Below, piece after piece: positions 14,116 through 15,083 of a stretch of 15,083 bases of DNA. Each line of letters opens with the position of its first letter. The first letter of the stretch is position 1. The notes beneath the pieces were generated by a model that saw nothing but the letters and a program-made list of their open reading frames with translations, was not told where the DNA came from and searched no databases. Both the position numbers and the translations under genes were made by a program. Origin of the DNA: Promethearchaeota archaeon (GTDB lineage Archaea; Asgardarchaeota; Lokiarchaeia; Sigyniarchaeales; SOKP01); contig JBHLOC010000014.1 of assembly GCA_048940925.1 (NCBI GenBank), positions 1-15,083 of the forward strand. Direction: 5' to 3'.

Positions 14116-15083
14116 ATGGCATTAAATAAAAAGGAATTTCATGTCAGAGATTTAGTAATTGATGATGAATACGGAGTAATTGACTCAAATGCAAGTATTC
14201 AAGATGCTGCAAAGAAAATGAAAGAATTAGGAGTCCCAGATTTAGTAGTAGTTGAAGAAAAAAGCCAAAAGGTACTTGGGGTTATAGCTGATTTCGATAT
14301 CGTCCAAAATGTAATTGCTGAGGGCATTGATTGTAAAACTGAAAAAGTAATTTCAGCTATGTATACCATTACACCAGTATCACTTGATACTCCTGTATCC
14401 GATGCTTTTAATAGAATGCGCGATTTACAAGTCAATGTTGTACCTGTAGTTGAAAATGAAAAATTAGTGGGTGTATGCTCTATTCAAGATTGCTGGAGTT
14501 ATATCCCTGATAAAGTTGTAGATAAAATAGGACTAATTCCCGTTAGAAATACAAAAGTTGCAGAATTTTGGTTTGCTAGTATATGTGCTATTGTTGCCTT
14601 TACACTTGGTGTAATTCTACCTTTAGCAGGAATTTTTGGATTTTTTGTAGGGAAATATAGTGATCTAATGAGTTTACTTGGTATGGGTCCTATGGTAGAA
14701 GATCCATTACTGGTTTTCAATTTATTTGATTTAAGAGGTTCGGGGATTATCGTGCCTTTTCTTACCTTAAATGAACCAATATGGATAGTAATAGATATAT
14801 TTAGCATTTTAATGTTGATTTTTAGCATTATTGGTTTGTGTTCAATTATTTATACAAGTTTTTCTGATACTAGAAATTTACAAACCAGCTGGATCATAAA
14901 GACGATTATACCAGGATTAGCCGTGTTCTTTATGGCTTTTGAATGGATATTATTCGGTATAGCTTTTGCAACTACCATACCATCACAGAAAATAAATATA
15001 GATGTTGTAGGTCTAATAATGTCAATTGTTTCTATGATCCTCTTTTTATTGGCTATCAATAGAGATTACATTTTCAGAGGAAT
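14116..15083 (+). CDS. CBS-pair (Bateman module) protein fused to at least four TM helices; truncated by the window end
   Basis: Translated by hand: open from ATG 14116 to the end (322 codons). MALNKKEFHVRDLV...ASIQDAAKKMKELGVPDLVVVE...LGVIADFDIV (CBS1) and TPVSLDTPVSDAFNRMRDLQVNVVPVVENEKLVGVCSIQD (CBS2). Hydrophobic segments at aa ~151-178, 222-246, 263-285 and 297-314. Confidence 0.92.
   Translation, partial: MALNKKEFHVRDLVIDDEYGVIDSNASIQDAAKKMKELGVPDLVVVEEKSQKVLGVIADFDIVQNVIAEGIDCKTEKVISAMYTITPVSLDTPVSDAFNRMRDLQVNVVPVVENEKLVGVCSIQDCWSYIPDKVVDKIGLIPVRNTKVAEFWFASICAIVAFTLGVILPLAGIFGFFVGKYSDLMSLLGMGPMVEDPLLVFNLFDLRGSGIIVPFLTLNEPIWIVIDIFSILMLIFSIIGLCSIIYTSFSDTRNLQTSWIIKTIIPGLAVFFMAFEWILFGIAFATTIPSQKINIDVVGLIMSIVSMILFLLAINRDYIFRG

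Noticed and set aside
14199-15059. Three minus-strand ORFs (14199-14435, 14499-14828, 14850-15059)
   Set aside because: All are antisense shadows of the + strand CBS-4TM gene starting at 14116.
1-15083. tRNA/rRNA genes, transposases, integrases or defence systems
   Set aside because: No GC-rich cloverleaf or rRNA-like segment was seen in any intergenic gap, and no ORF has recombinase, transposase or nuclease motifs.

Overview
Very AT-rich, gene-dense window that reads as archaeal. The TTTAWATA boxes, oligo-T terminators, stand-alone 7TM protein and C-terminally anchored sequon-rich surface protein suggest an Asgard/Lokiarchaeia-type genome (inference, not proven). In order: an extended SDR (3-beta-HSD/epimerase-like) coupled to a small membrane protein; a Gfo/Idh/MocA oxidoreductase; an ABC-2 module (ATPase with an unusual N-terminal membrane anchor, permease, surface glycoprotein); a minus-strand padR-hsp20 operon; an orphan 7TM protein; an APH-family kinase divergent from a SAM methyltransferase; a DppB/DppC permease pair with no adjacent binding protein or ATPase; an LHPP/HDHD2-like HAD-IIA phosphatase; and a CBS-pair + 4TM protein that the ORF track missed because it runs off the window end. 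The best candidate for an undescribed system is padR-hsp20. The PadR has a coiled coil and a C-terminal TIPIV tail matching the IXI/V docking motif of small heat-shock proteins, the partner Hsp20 is atypical, and repeated operator-like sites bracket the TATA box and predicted start site. This suggests a sHsp-titrated autoregulatory stress circuit (hypothesis). No rRNA, tRNA, CRISPR array or mobile element was seen.
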